Origin: Vicugna vicugna
Taxonomy: Eukaryota
DNA: 64,000 nucleotides
NCBI GenBank assembly: GCA_013265495.1
Contig: MU058017.1
Location: 312,375-376,374 of the forward strand
Direction of reading: 5' to 3'
Shown: in pieces, positions 1 through 12,789 of the stretch
How the letters are laid out: every line of letters starts with the position of its first letter
Numbering within the stretch: position 1 is the stretch's first letter
Notes under the pieces: generated by a model
Told to the model about the DNA's origin: nothing
Database searches by the model: none
Seen by the model: the letters and a program-made list of their open reading frames with translations, nothing else
Translations under genes and position numbers: made by a program

Positions 1-622
1 GATGCCGCAGTCAGATGTTGCAGACTGGCCAGGCAGGAGGGCGGGTCGTGCCCCCTCCCAGCACCTCGGTCAGGGTTTGTGTTCCTGCACGACAGGCGGG
101 GGGGCTGCTCTCCCCCTGCCTGCACCGCAGGTAGCTCCGCTGCTCTGTGCGGCTGCGCGCTCTGCGCCGGCGCTGTGCCCTGGCTGGCGCTCCGCCCTGG
201 TCGCGCTCCGCCCTGGTCGGCGCTCCGCTGGTGGACTCGGGGAAGACCGAGGGGCAGCCTTGTCCCTGCTCCGAGCCAAGACCCAGCTGCTTGTTTGTCT
301 TTGTGGAGCAAGTTCTCTGGGGGACCAGAATGGAAGGATCCTATCTGCCCCGGGCTGTAGGCCCGTCTCAGTCTGGCCCTTGAGGCTGCTAAGCCCTTCG
401 GTGCGGACGCAGGTTTCGCCTCTGCCCCCGCCTGGGTGCTAAGCGCCGGAGAATATGGCGGCTCTGCCTGGGCCCCGCCCCTCTTCCCCTGAAAAGTTTC
501 CGCGGGTTTTCAGAGATGGGGGTATGCACCCTTCCCCCGAGAGCACATCAACCTTGCTGTTTTAGGAGGGCCCAGGTTGTTCTGTCCTGTACACCCACAG
601 CCACAGCGCCCAGCCCCTTGCA
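1..622 (-). mobile_element. GC/CpG-rich 5'UTR of a young L1, minus strand, continuing left of the window
   Basis: CpG-rich tract with internal 16-bp repeats (gcgctccgccctggtc at 187-202 and 203-218) that ends abruptly at ~622 against AT-rich DNA. The adjacent gaaaattagactgtttt|ca resembles a TSD ending in an L1 endonuclease-type TTTT/CA site. No exon or splice structure seen. Family call is by resemblance. Confidence 0.6.
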
Positions 623-1254
623 GAAAATTAGACTGTTTTCAAATGTATGGTATTATAAATCTCTCTCCCATTGGTATTTTGTGCATATATAAATATATGT
701 GATTATTTCTTTTATAATCATTTATACGTGCATATATTGTACATGTACATTACATGTGTAATTATTTCCTTAGAATAATTTCCAAGAATGAGACTTTCTG
801 AAACATTAGAATGTTTAATGCTACTGACATTTTAGAAAACTCCCTTTCAAAAAATTTATACCAATTTACACAAATCCAGCCTAAACCAGATTTTAATATT
901 ATATTTTGTAAACCTACCTTAATTTGATGCTTGAAATATTATATTTTCTCATAATTTGTATTTCTATTACTTGTAAGAATATTTTATCCTTTATAACTAC
1001 CACTGTCTTTCCTCTTCCAAAACTTTTTGGGTTCTGTATCAAGTCTTTTACTGATATATTCAATTTTAATATACTAACCCTTTGTCTACTGTATTTACTA
1101 CAAATATTTTTAATAGTTAACAGTTTACTATTCATCCTTTTATTTTTTACAAGTTTTTTAGTATTAGAGAATTTTACTAAAGTTTTAAAATTTTATCTGG
1201 TGAGATTTATCAAAGTTTTCCTTTGATTACTTCAACTTGCTTACAATTTGAGGA

Positions 1255-1890
1255 CTTTTTTAAACTGTTTGATTTACACACAGTAAAACTCACTCTTGGT
1301 GGTATATAGTTCTACGGATATTGAAAAATAAGTGGAGCCCTATGATACCATCACAATGGTGACAGAGAAAGGTTGCATCACAGCCAAAGTTCCCTCCTGT
1401 TCCCCCATTTGTCACCTCCTACTCCTAAGCTCTAGTTCCAAGCAACTACTGATCTGTTTTCCATCCATGTAGTGTTGCCTTTCCCAGATGTCATATGATG
1501 AAATCATACAACATGTAACCTTTGGGGTCTGGCTACTTAGCAAATCTGAGACCCATCTGTGTTACTGTGAATCATAGCTCATTCTTTTCACTGCTGAGTA
1601 GTTGTTCATCATATGAATGTACCACAGGTTGTTTTATCATTAACTAGATGATGGACATCTCAGCTGATTCCAGTTTGGGGCAAATATGAAGCTACCATAA
1701 ACATTTCCATACAGGAAACCTAAGTTTTCATTTGTCTTGGATAAATACCTAGAATAAATTCTGGATCATATGATAACTTTCTGTTTAACTTTATAAGAAA
1801 CTGCAAAATTGTTTTTCAAGTAACAATAGATTTTTGCGTATCTACCAGAAGTGCCTAAGAGTTCTAGTTGCTCCAGTCCTGGTGAGCAAC
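1255..1890 (-). mobile_element. Ancient L1 3' fragment (L1MC/L1MD-like)
   Basis: Typical antisense L1 3'UTR/ORF2-end motifs: caactactgatctgttttccatc, gatggacatct..gattccagtttgggg, ttggataaatacctag, aactttataagaaactgc. Confidence 0.8.
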
Positions 1891-1894
1891 TGTC

Positions 1895-3825
1895 CTTCTA
1901 CTCAAGATAGGTATTGGTTCACTGCTCTGAACCCAGGCTCAGAACCCAATACATGTATTCTGCCAACTCCCAAGAATATCTATTCATTCAAGGATGGGGG
2001 CAACTAATAATGGGGTGAGTCCATGGCTGTAGTGACTCCATGTCTTACCTGCTCCTATACAACCCCACTCTGGTAGAATACCGTTATAATTCTTCAGACC
2101 CCTCTGTATTAATGTCAACTTGGACCCTGTGCCCACTAGTCCTCAAAATGTCTGGTTACTTCCCTTTTCCCAGTGAAGCTACTTAAGTAAATGTCAAGTT
2201 CCTTTGGGGAAGGCTGAGGGGATTATTGCTGAACGCATTTGCCATGGTGTTTCAGGGCTCTTCCTTATAGGGACCAGGCCTCTCCCTGTGTCAACAGGTC
2301 TAGGAAGCACAACTTTTACTTGGGTGTCTGCTTTGGCATCCTGATCATCCATTCTTGATTTGTTTATGTAAATTAAATAATATCCTGACTGGCTGCCAAT
2401 CTATCCTGCCCCTGGGAACCCTGAATTACTCTAACTAGAGCCAGAGCCCTCCACAGGTCAGGCCCTCTGGCTACCATGCTGACTGAATTGTTCATTATAG
2501 TAACTGTGCCCATCTTGCTAATTACAGTTAAGTGCTACCACCTGGTTTTTGTTTTGTTTTGTTTTTAACCAGCACTTTTGAAGAGGACTGCTATCAGTTA
2601 GCTTCTCACCATGCAGATCCATCTCTCACAAGCAGATTTTTCATCAGCTTGACAAATAACATGTCCTCCAGGACCTCCCATGGAGCACAGTCAGCTGGGG
2701 GGTGTTCGAGCCTTACTCAGATATCCTCTTGGGTAGGCCCTGTCTTCTCAGCCTTTTGATCCCTGCCTCCTCTGTCTGCCATATGTGTCCTGACATTTCG
2801 ACTTCACTTAATGTGGGCCATCATTTCCCCCAGGCTGCCAAGAGCCATCTTAGCAGCCTATTTCCATCCCCTGGGTTCTTGATAGAGTGTTAAGTCCTAT
2901 AACCTGGGAGAATGCTCTCATGTACGTACGTACGTACGTACATACATACGTACACGTGTGCACACAAACACACACATACATCCCCCCCTGGTTCCAGTCA
3001 ATACATATTAGCCTGGCAAGTAGTTTCTTGGGTATAAACCTCTTTACTCTTTTAGCAGGTCCAGCATTCCTTGGCTGGTTTATATTGTGAATTAACCTTA
3101 GTTCTTGGGCTAGTATCCAGAAATGAAGTTAAGGATAGTTCCTGAAGAGAGAGTGTGTTGTATCTCAAAGCCTGTGTGTCAACTTCAAGCAGCAAGGAGG
3201 ACTAGCATTTAATAGTGTGGAGTGGACCACTTCTGTGGGCCCAGAGCTTTAGGAAATCCAAAGACTCAAGGTTTTTGAGGACATAAACACAGATGTCTCC
3301 ATTTTAAGTCTCACAGTCCTGCTACTTTTTAACCAGGGCCCTGATCTCACTATACTAGGTGTAGGGGTTGAAAATTCAACCTTCCCTTAAGTTCCACTAC
3401 CCTCATAATGAAGCCTTGGGCTTGATCCTCAACTTTTTCTTCCTCTCTTTGAATGCTGCCAAGACAACCCTCTGGCTTACATAACTCACCTTAAATGAAC
3501 GCTTAACCACTCTTAGTTTTTGTCTTTCTTTAAAGTACTGCTTGCACATAGAAAAAGCCATCTGATTCCACTGGCCTGATCATTACTACTTTACTAGAAA
3601 CTCTCAAATGCCTGAGATAGTGCCCCTGTCAAGGCATTCCCTTCCACTGGAACCTATCCTGGTTCACTACTTGAAAGTTCTAACAGCAATACTATGGCAT
3701 GCCAGGGGCTGTCAGTGCTCCACCCTCCACTAGGGATCGGGTTCTCATTGCCCTCCAGCCAGCAGGTGATTTAGCTCCAAAATTTCATTGTGGAGTTTGG
3801 GTCCTCAAACTACTCCTGGTACCAA
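1895..3825 (-). mobile_element. Degraded ERVL-class internal sequence (gag region) with primer-binding site
   Basis: Minus strand reads ttggtaccaggagta at 3811-3825, the ERVL/MaLR-type PBS, directly next to an LTR. The downstream sequence resembles decayed ERVL gag. No long ORF. Confidence 0.65.
2919..2981. repeat. Compound microsatellite (TACG)n/(TACA)n/(CA)n
   Basis: Seen directly: catgtacgtacgtacgtacgtacatacatacgtacacgtgtgcacacaaacacacacatacat. Confidence 0.95.
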
Positions 3826-3827
3826 GC

Positions 3828-4232
3828 GGTATTTAAGTTGGGTTCCCCAGAAAATAGATTCTAAGGCTGCACACCTGTAAAGGAATAAGGAAGGAGGATT
3901 GGGCAAAGGGAGAAGTTGAAGTTCTTCAGTTTTAACAGAGGCCATGGCCAATCCTTCAAGAAGCCCTGGAACTAGAATGGCCCTTCAGAGTTTTCTAGAA
4001 TTAAGGCAAAGAGGCCAAGTCTTTGTACATCCACATAGATCAACTATTTCAATTGTGAGCTGTCTCCAGGAAGAAAGTGTAACCTTAAGCAAGGAAGCTG
4101 TCTTACTCTAGAGCAATTTCAAAAGGGATACTCAGCTGTGAGATGCTTGCAGCCATTACTCCCTGCAGGGGTGGGAATGGAGGGCAGCAGGCCTGCAGCG
4201 ACAGTCTGGGTGACTCACTGCAGCACCCAATA
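3828..4232 (-). mobile_element. ERVL-class LTR (LTR33/LTR16-like), 5' LTR of the adjacent internal fragment
   Basis: Motifs gggttccccagaa, ggattgggcaaagggagaagttgaa and atggcccttcagagtt are typical of old ERVL LTRs; it abuts the PBS. Confidence 0.7.
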
Positions 4233-4654
4233 AAGCCCCACAACAACAACAAAATAGTAGTTGGAAAAAATGTTTGTTAAAAAGTCAGCATAATGCACAA
4301 GTAGGAGAATTAATTGTACCATAAATGGAGAAATTACTATTACGTAGCCACTAGGAAATAAAAATTGGACCAAACTCTGGCTAAGAGATAAACTCTCCTA
4401 AGCACAAGATGTGTTCTGTCAGCAGCACAATCTCCATAGCCCTGAATCCACCCTCACCAGAAAGCTGGCGTGCGGCGTCTGCACAAATTTTTACCTGCCT
4501 ACCCTCTAAGCCACTACTAGCTGTGTTCAGCCCCAAGGGCAATAACGGTGGGAGGTCTCGGTTTCCAAAATGGATATGGTTTTGTGCAATTACACCACCT
4601 TCTACCATTAAGTCAACACTCGGCTTTAACTGGGATGATGGGGGAGTAGGGGGC

Positions 4655-5972
4655 AGTCTGGCTTCTAGTTCCTTGTGTGAGGCGCTTGGAAGCCGCGAGT
4701 GAACAACAAGTAAAAAAGCTGAACAGACAAAAATCAACAACTCATCTTGTAACCGTAACAGTGAAGAGGACGCAGGGCAAACCACTGCCCCCAGGATTAG
4801 AGAAACAGGCAAAGAGAAGGAGTTACCTTTGGGATGAAGTGCTGAGCAGGAAACCGGGAACTGTGACGATGTTCTTGAGGCTCCACAGGAAAAGGTCTGA
4901 GAGTTTAAAACTCCACAGAGTCGCAGTAATGGGGGACCCTATAAGACTGCGAGATTTACCTCAGGGAGCCCGACCAGAGTTCTTCAGAAAACACCGGCGA
5001 AAAATCCTCTCCTGCTCCCAACAGACAGGAGAAGAAGAGGAGCCATTTTGAAATATCCCAGCGTCCTCTGTTCTTCTTAAAAAGCCCGCCTGCCCGCACC
5101 GGAAACTAGTTAACCGGAGCCTCACCTGCTGGGTGTTATCAGAGCCTAAATGACTTGTGGGAAGGGAAATAACCAACGTTAGCCCACTCTGGCCGTTCCT
5201 GTCCCACCTCACGGGGGAGAAAAAAACTGCGACACTCTAGCTACGATCACAGCCCAGAGGCACAAGCTCACAAATGCCTGCCGCCCAATCACCGGAGGAC
5301 AGAGCTCTTCCCCTCCCCCACACCTCACCGTCGCATTATCACAGGCTTACTGACCGCAGTTCCGGTTACCTGGTATCTCATGTCCTGCTACCAAGAGAAA
5401 AGGCATGCCAAACAGCAAAAAGAAAGAAATAAAGAAAAAAAATAAATAAAACCAAAATACGATTTGAAGAAACGGAGCAAACATCAGAACCAGACATGAC
5501 AGGGATATTGGAATTCTCAGATCCGGAATTTAAAACCATGATTAATATGTGAAGGGTTCTAATGGATAAAGTAGACAACATGCAAGAATAGACAGGCAAT
5601 GTAAGCGGAGACATGGAAATCCCAAGAAAGAACCAAAAAGACATGCTAGAGATCAAAAACACTGTAACAGAAATATGGAATGCCTTTAATGGGACACAGC
5701 TAAGGAAAGAATCTCTGAGCTTGAGGACATCCCAACAGAAAACTCCAAAACTGAAAGCCAAGGTAAGGTTGGAAAAACAACAGACCAGAACATCCAAGGG
5801 CTGTGGACAAGTACACAAAGTACAACATATGTGTAATGGGAAGACTGGAAGGAGAAGAGATAAAGGAACAGAAGAAATACTTGAAAAAATGACTGAGAAT
5901 TACACCAAATTAATGTCAGATACCAAGCCACAGATTCAGGAAGCTCAGAGAACACCAAGCAGCATAAATATC
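4655..5972 (+). mobile_element. Ancient L1 (L1M4-like) 5'UTR plus N-terminal ORF1 remnant
   Basis: ORF 5613-6029 translates to decayed L1 ORF1 (MEIPRKNQKDMLEIKNTVTEI..., MSDTKPQIQEAQRTPS). Upstream aaaaagctgaacagacaaaaatcaacaactc resembles an old L1 5' end. Confidence 0.8.
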
Positions 5973-6384
5973 GAAGGAAAGAGACTGAAATTACTTGAGT
6001 CCTCCTCTCTCCCAACTGAGGGTTATTAATCAGCATCGATAATTATAGGAAGTGTGCTTTTCAAAATTCTGTGGCCTGGATGATTCTGACCAGTTATTTA
6101 GGTCTTCTTCATTCAATCTGGTGTGTAAACTACTGTAGAGACTCTTGAGACCCATCAGTCCCACAACTCCGGTTTCCCATGCCAAAGAAATGTCCTAACC
6201 CCATTAATGGTAGGAACACCACCATTTCAAATAAAGAAAGTCAAATGAGGTGGTTTCTGAAAAGTTACTGATCAATCATCATGCTATAAAAAGTATAGAA
6301 GTTATTATATTGTAAACATATTCTAGGAACCCACCCAAGGCCTTTCAACTCTCATGAGAGAGAACTGACGGTATGCCCCATATG

Positions 6385-6600
6385 GCCTTTGGCTTTAAAT
6401 AAACCTAAGTTCAAGTCCTGGCTCTGCTGCCTTGCAGCTTTGTTTTCATGGGAAAATTATTTAACTTGTCTATGCTTCATTTGCCTCTTTCATAAAATAA
6501 ATAAATTAATGATACCTACTTCATCGAGTTGCAATTAAGATCTTTTTGCCTTAGCATAAGTTAATAGCTTTGGACCAGGCACAGAGAAAGTCCTTAATTA
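6385..6600 (+). mobile_element. MIR SINE remnant
   Basis: aagttcaagtcctggctctgc...gggaaaattatttaacttgtctatgcttcattt...taaaat...aatgatacctacttcat matches the MIR core. Confidence 0.7.
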
Positions 6601-6637
6601 ATGATGCCTATACTAATTAGTATTTTATTATGCCCTA

Positions 6638-6777
6638 GGTGTGGGTATAACTCAGTGGTAGAGTGCATGCTTAACATGCACGAGGTCCTGGGTTCAATCC
6701 TCAGTACCTCCATTAATGAAAAACAAAATACAAACCTAATTACCTCCCCTGTCCAAAAAACAAAGCAAAAAAAAAAA
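6638..6777 (+). mobile_element. tRNA-derived camelid SINE (Vic-1 type)
   Basis: A box (taactcagtgg), B box (ggttcaatcc), aacctaattacctcccc 3' segment and A-rich tail. Three more copies occur in the window. Confidence 0.9.
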
Positions 6778-9329
6778 TTCAGTACACTAATTATTACTTG
6801 TATTATGATTAGTCACTGTGTAAGCAATCTCCTTTCTCAGTGTTCCTGGGTTGTCAGAACACAGCTTAACAGAAGCAAGGGATAGTTTTCTTAGTGTTTT
6901 AAATTGTGGCCCTCCTGAGGAACAGCAACTGAACCGTGCTTGTTTAATGTGGTTCGCTCTGCACCATATGCGTGTGGGCTTTTAATAAATGCTATTAGAT
7001 GATGATGATGAGTTCCTGGAGACAGAGCTGTGTTCAGCAGAGTCACGACATTATGCTTGGCCTAACTTTCTGCTACTCAACTCCAGGAATGCTCTTGTAA
7101 GCAGTACAGAAACTTCTGAAATTTCCATTTGAGGTGAAGTGCCACTGCCAGCAAGCCTCACGAAGGGAGTTATTAACACTCACCCTTTTTTCTTGTGGCT
7201 CCTTCCAAGCTGACCCTCAGAAGGGCCTTCTCAGTGGGCTGCCCTGGTTCTCAGGAGACCGGTGTGTTCCACAGCAGCACTATCTCCCAACTCCCCAAGT
7301 CCAAACTATGCAGAACAGTTTATTACAGCCCCATCAAAAGGAAAACGAAACCAAGGACTCACAGTCTTCAGTCCCTCATCGACACAAAATGAGCTTACAG
7401 CTCTGAGGATTCAAACAGGGTTTAAACTTTTTTGAAATGCTTGCATTAAAAACAGTGATATGTTAAAACACCAAGACTGAAAACTAAGATCAAAGGCAAA
7501 GACTTTCCCCCAATACCCTACATTAAAGTGCCTGGGAGGCACAAAGGGCTTTTCATCCATTGGGGATCAGGCCATTTGAAAGAGCACAAGCTCTTTTCAC
7601 AGGTAATTCGCTTTCCACTGAGTTTTGCGTTGGTAAGTTTTCCTCACTAGTCTAAAATTATATTTGCCAACTGTATTTGAATTAAGTCTCCTTTGTTTCA
7701 GATGTGCCCCCTTATTTTTAGAAGATAATGAATTTCTTCTAGAGTGAAACTTTAACTTCCTTACCTAGGAAACTTCTACCCTCCTGCCCAAGAGTTATAA
7801 TTGGAAAGGGTCTCATGACCCATGGTACAGCCTTCCCAAGTAGAATGCTTTGGACACAGTGCTGTAAATGAACAAAGCTTCCTTTCAGACAACATGGGTT
7901 CTCCAAACACAGAGACAGCTGTGATGCTCTGCGAGATCAAGAGAGAGCCCGTGTTTAACAGTGATGACCTAGACTGGCAGCAGCATTATGAGCTTTGCAG
8001 ACAATCTGTCTGTGCAGGCTTGGACCTGGTTTCCAAAGTTCATTGAGACTATTGCCCAAAATAGCAGGGAAGAGAGCAGAAGGACATCAAATCACATTTG
8101 GGGGCAAAGGAGACATAGGGAGAGGCCTGAGACAACTGGGCCTCTTCTTGGAAAACAACAATAAACCTACGAGTTTAATACTGCAAAAGTCACAGAAATG
8201 AGACATCTTGCCTTGCTCCACCTAAGTCTGTGTGTTTGCTGTTACTCCAAGTCACTCTTCGATACATTTAATCAGATCATATCAGGACTTGATGAATCAT
8301 TTCATCAAGTTTTTAAACTCATCCACAGAGACTTTGGAACAGTATTCTTTTTTTTTTTTTTTCCCATTGTGGACAAGTCTGTTGTTACTGGCAATGTGTG
8401 CAGGAACTAGTCCTGGTGACCTCTCTGTGAACCCACCAAAAAGTCAAAATTTGCAATTTCTTGTGCAGTGTAAAGCTGAGCTTTGACCTGGAGGACTTTG
8501 TTGTGGTGGCTTTCCCCAGGAAATCAAAGAGACTGGTCATTTCCCAAGTCCTCAGAAGCAACTCTATTGTAAGAATCTCTCAGGGGCCTCTGAGTAAGCA
8601 TCTTCCAACTTAAAGATTCAAGTATGAGTTTCCATTAGTATTTAGAGGCTCTAATCTAAGTCTCAAGTCTTTTGAGAGGTGACAGGAAGACAAAAGCAAG
8701 AAAAAAAAACTGTTTATGAGGAAAGAAGAGGTAAGATAATATAAAACGTAAGAGGAGAGAGTCTGTGCTGTATGACTATATCAGTCTTTCCATCTTTGGG
8801 GAATGTCTCATTTCTTTTTTCAGGTCCCTTCCATTGTTCTTGCTGGCTCTTCTCACGCAGAGAGCAAATACCTTCTCTGCCAATTACAATTGAATCTCTT
8901 ACACCTCTGCTGGGAACAATTTGTAGGCTGGACTTTATCCCAATTTACTTGGATGCCCTTCCTGTTGGCCTTATATTCTCTGTCTCATTTATCAGCCCTC
9001 TCGAAGAAATTAGGTCCTGCTAATCTACACCTCATTCAGATGTTGACATAACTTTTGTCACCTGCAGTTCTACTTGTTGAAAGTAGTTGTGTGTGTGCTA
9101 TCTGATGGCCAGAGCCCAGCAGGTTATCTTTATGATAAATTTCAGTGACACACTCAATTTGTAGATTTATTCACCCATATCCTTCTCCTCTTGTTTACTC
9201 AACTCATGGGATCACTTCTCTCTCTTAGAACCATATGGCTTTGTGAGAGCCACAATCAGTCAGTAAGTATTTATTAAATGAGCATCCATTATTTGCCAAA
9301 ACTTTGTTAGATAAACAAAACATATATCA

Positions 9330-9490
9330 CGAACAGAGCTGAAAAGGACCCTACAGCTTTAGTCTAAAAGTGTCATGTCTTAAACAGAGAAATGGAGATG
9401 TAGAGAGGTAAAATAAATTTGCAAGTCATCCTGCAATATTGTGATGAGACTAGAACAAGAAAACAGTTCTTGTCACAACTCCTGGGCTTT
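9330..9490 (-). mobile_element. MIR-family remnant
   Basis: gagctgaaaaggacccta...aaacagagaaatggagatgtagagaggtaaaataaatttgcaagtcat, a degraded antisense MIR. Confidence 0.5.
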
Positions 9491-10016
9491 CAGATGTTCG
9501 TGGGGCCTCCAACTGAGTTGCAATGACAACTTAAAATTCGATAACATCATAACCCAAAACCATTTCCATATACACTTACATAGTCCCCTCCAGCTAAAAA
9601 ATTCTATGCTGTTTGAAAATACTTATTGATGCCTAATCTTCCTAATGTTTTCCACAAAAGCAGACTCTAAAGAGAAAGCTAATTAATTCTTTTGTTCTTT
9701 CCATTGTTCAAATTCTTACTGACCTCATTGGTCCTGGGAAATCTTCCCTATCAATAGTCCCGAAAGAATCACAAAGTAACACACAAGTCAGCAGTGACCT
9801 CAATGAATACAGAGCGGCATGTGACGGGAAGTCTGTGAGGGAGAAGCTTTACAACTACATATAAGAAATGAAAGATGGTAATTCTTATCCTCACCAGTAA
9901 CAATTCTGGTAAATTAGGTTAAGCAAAGCATGCAGCTTTGTCCAAATCTTTAATCTAAACTAATCCATTTACTACTAACCATATGTGTCTTAAGTCTGAT
10001 CCAGAGTCCCTTCAAA

Positions 10017-10020
<4 letters not shown>

Positions 10021-10054
<34 letters not shown>
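10021..10054. repeat. (GT)17 microsatellite
   Basis: Seen directly. Confidence 0.98.
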
Positions 10055-10057
<3 letters not shown>

Positions 10058-11319
10058 ATTCATATGGCTTTTACTTTGTGAGAATTTGTGGAACTACAAT
10101 GCACAGAAGAGACGGACTTAGAGAAGAAATGAGAGCACAATCTCTGTCTTAGAAGTCTTCTTGCTCAGCCCTCACACTCACCTGCCTTCATCCAGGTGCC
10201 CCATCTTTTGACTTGGACTAGATATGTCCCAGGTGTTGAGAAGGAAACATATGAAGAGCAGCCCTTACTTCAAATTTCTTCTTTCAATGTGTATTCTCTG
10301 CTGAAGTTCATTCTTGCTTCTGATAAGTGTGGTCCCACTTTTTCAGATCTTTTCAGATCCTTAACCTCTTGTTGTATAGACCCTTGACTTATATTACTAA
10401 TGCTCTATCTTCTGATACTGACTGGACCCTTGAGCCCTTAAAGGTCTCTCATTTTCCTGGCCTGGGTTCCCTGTCCTTGCAGCCCCCATTTCTTATTGAC
10501 TTTAACCCCAGACACCTTCTTGCTCTCTCTGAATTTGACATAGGGTGCTCTTGGTACATAATTGTTAGCCTTTTTGTAACTTTCCAGGATCTTCTATTCT
10601 GATGTTTGAGAAAGCGATTAATATTCACAAACAGAAGGCATGTGAGTGAGGTCTGAAAGAATATCAGGCTGTGGATAAAACCCTCGCGGGCCTGAGCATG
10701 ATCAAAGTCATTCATTAAGATTTAGAACAGCTTGGATATTAGCAGAACCTACTGAACTCTGACTTTCAAATAATCCAAACATTTGTTTAACATGTTCAAC
10801 TGTTTGTTAGAAAAATTAAAAAGCACTAAAACTAATTTACATAAGGAATCATTCTAAAAAATTTCTCCCTAGATGTATGTCCTGGGTTCAGTATATATTC
10901 AGAATGATCTCTTACATTTTATATATCCAGTTCCAGAATCTCACACCAATGATCCTGGAGCAACAAAAGTCTTTTATTCATTGACTTAAGATTAAAATGG
11001 CCCCATGACCTTGTGCAGACATAAAGCAGTAGCAGACATTGATGAATGTTGGAATAATTTTCAATATCAAAAGTTTGATTCCTTAATTATTTAGCAAAAA
11101 CTAATTAAATGGCAAACACTAACTTCTAATATTTAATTAACTGAGATTTTAAAATACTAAAATATTTAATATACTAGTATTAACTATTAAAAATTTTAAA
11201 TATTTTAAAATATTAAATACAATGGAAATCTATTATAACCTGATTTATTAAATGACTTCTGCATGTCTGAGAACTGAGTGTCAGTTCCCTAAAATATGCC
11301 TGCACTGAGATGACATCAC

Positions 11320-11455
11320 TAATCTTGCATTACCAGTAACTATACTTAATCAAGTCATTTAAGGTCTGTAAGCCTCAATTCTCTCATGTGTAAAACAGGG
11401 TGGTGGGCGCTCAAGTAAATGACATTTCAAGCCCTTTCCAACTGTAAATTTATTT
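11320..11455 (+). mobile_element. MIR-family remnant
   Basis: caagtcatttaaggtctgtaagcctcaattctctcatgtgtaaaacaggg matches the MIR core. Confidence 0.6.
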
Positions 11456-12183
11456 GATTATGTGAATTTTATAACACTGTTTGTGTTATATCAAAAATAT
11501 CACCCACATATTAATCCTTTCCTGTGGCAGTAAAAGGAAAAAGAAAACATAAGCACAAAATAAAATCTCATATGGTATCTCCAGCATGCTAAATAAAAGC
11601 CTGTAATTCTCATTGACTCTAAAAGGAGTTCTGCAGATGTGTAAGGAAGAACATAAACACTGTGCCTCTGTGAAGTGAAACTGAATGACTGTGAACCAGA
11701 CAGCTGCACAAGAATGACTTCACTTGAGCTATGCTTTGGTACCTGGTACTCAAACCAGCTGTGCACATTTTCAGATCCAAATTTATTTGCAACAAGAAAG
11801 TGTTAGGAGATGCAAGGGAGACAATTTACTTACCTGCAGGAGATGACAGGTTGAGAGATACCTCAAGTAACTTGCAAGTCATTGGTGACTATAGGAAATT
11901 TCCCAAACAGAAATATTTGCTAGTTTTTCCTGTTTTGTTTTATTTTGTTTTAAACCAATATCCAGTTGAGCATCTACCATGTACCAGACTCTTCAGGGAT
12001 AGAAAGATAAATAAGACAAAGGTCTTGCCTTCAACTCTGTAGCGGAGCCAAGACATGCACAAATAGATACGGCACAATGAGGTAAGGATTGACTCATAAG
12101 TAGCTTATATGACATTCTGTAAGAACTCCAAAAAGGTTTTTGGCTAATCAGCATCAAGTCACTTAGACATAAATAATATATAT

Positions 12184-12231
<48 letters not shown>
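12184..12231. repeat. Compound (CA)n(AT)12(GT)n microsatellite
   Basis: Seen directly. Confidence 0.97.
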
Positions 12232-12789
12232 ACATATATCACATAGACATAAATGATAAGTATACACATACACACACATTTGTTACAAGTCAAGAAGTAT
12301 GATTAGAGTAATTAAGCATTTTAATAAAACAATAATGAACTGGATAAACTTAGTGAAAATTCAGTAAGGTGCATAATTATAATCCTAATGACCTTGTTTT
12401 ATCTCATTAATAAAAGTGTTGGCATTTGTTGTTCCAGCAGAAATTAGCAAACCTGTTCAAACCATTTCATACATGGCTCTCTATTAAATAAAATGTTTCT
12501 TGGAAACACTAAACTAAAAGCAAAATGAATGACTCCACCTCAAAACACTGTTCCTTGGAATCTCTGACAACCTTGTTTAAAATTTAAAGCATTACAATTT
12601 CTAATTTTGTCTTTTCATCTAAATAGTTTTTAATGAAATCTTTAATGTCTTTAGTGGAAATGGTGTATTAAATAGAAAATAAAGAATAAAACTGAATTTC
12701 TACATACTGAGAGCTAAAGCTTCCTTATAAACTGGCCACATACATATAACTCTTCTCTCCAAAAATGTACTAAAATGTTAGTAGAGGTA

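Noticed and set aside
2..442. 146-aa ORF and overlapping ORFs as a host gene
   Set aside because: A by-product of high GC content. No recognisable protein or splice structure; better explained as an L1 5'UTR.
924..1226. Hydrophobic 100-aa ORF resembling a membrane protein
   Set aside because: T-rich degraded sequence, probably old antisense L1, gives F/L/I-rich peptides by composition alone.
6638..6712. tRNA gene
   Set aside because: It has A/B boxes but carries the SINE 3' segment and A tail, and recurs as diverged copies at 45341, 48971 and 63520.
10588..10641. 54-nt exon bounded by tttccag|G and |GTGAGT
   Set aside because: Isolated, with no partner exons or recognisable peptide. Such pairs arise often by chance.
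11130..11220. AT-rich quasi-palindromic stretch
   Set aside because: Low complexity; short self-complementary matches are expected.
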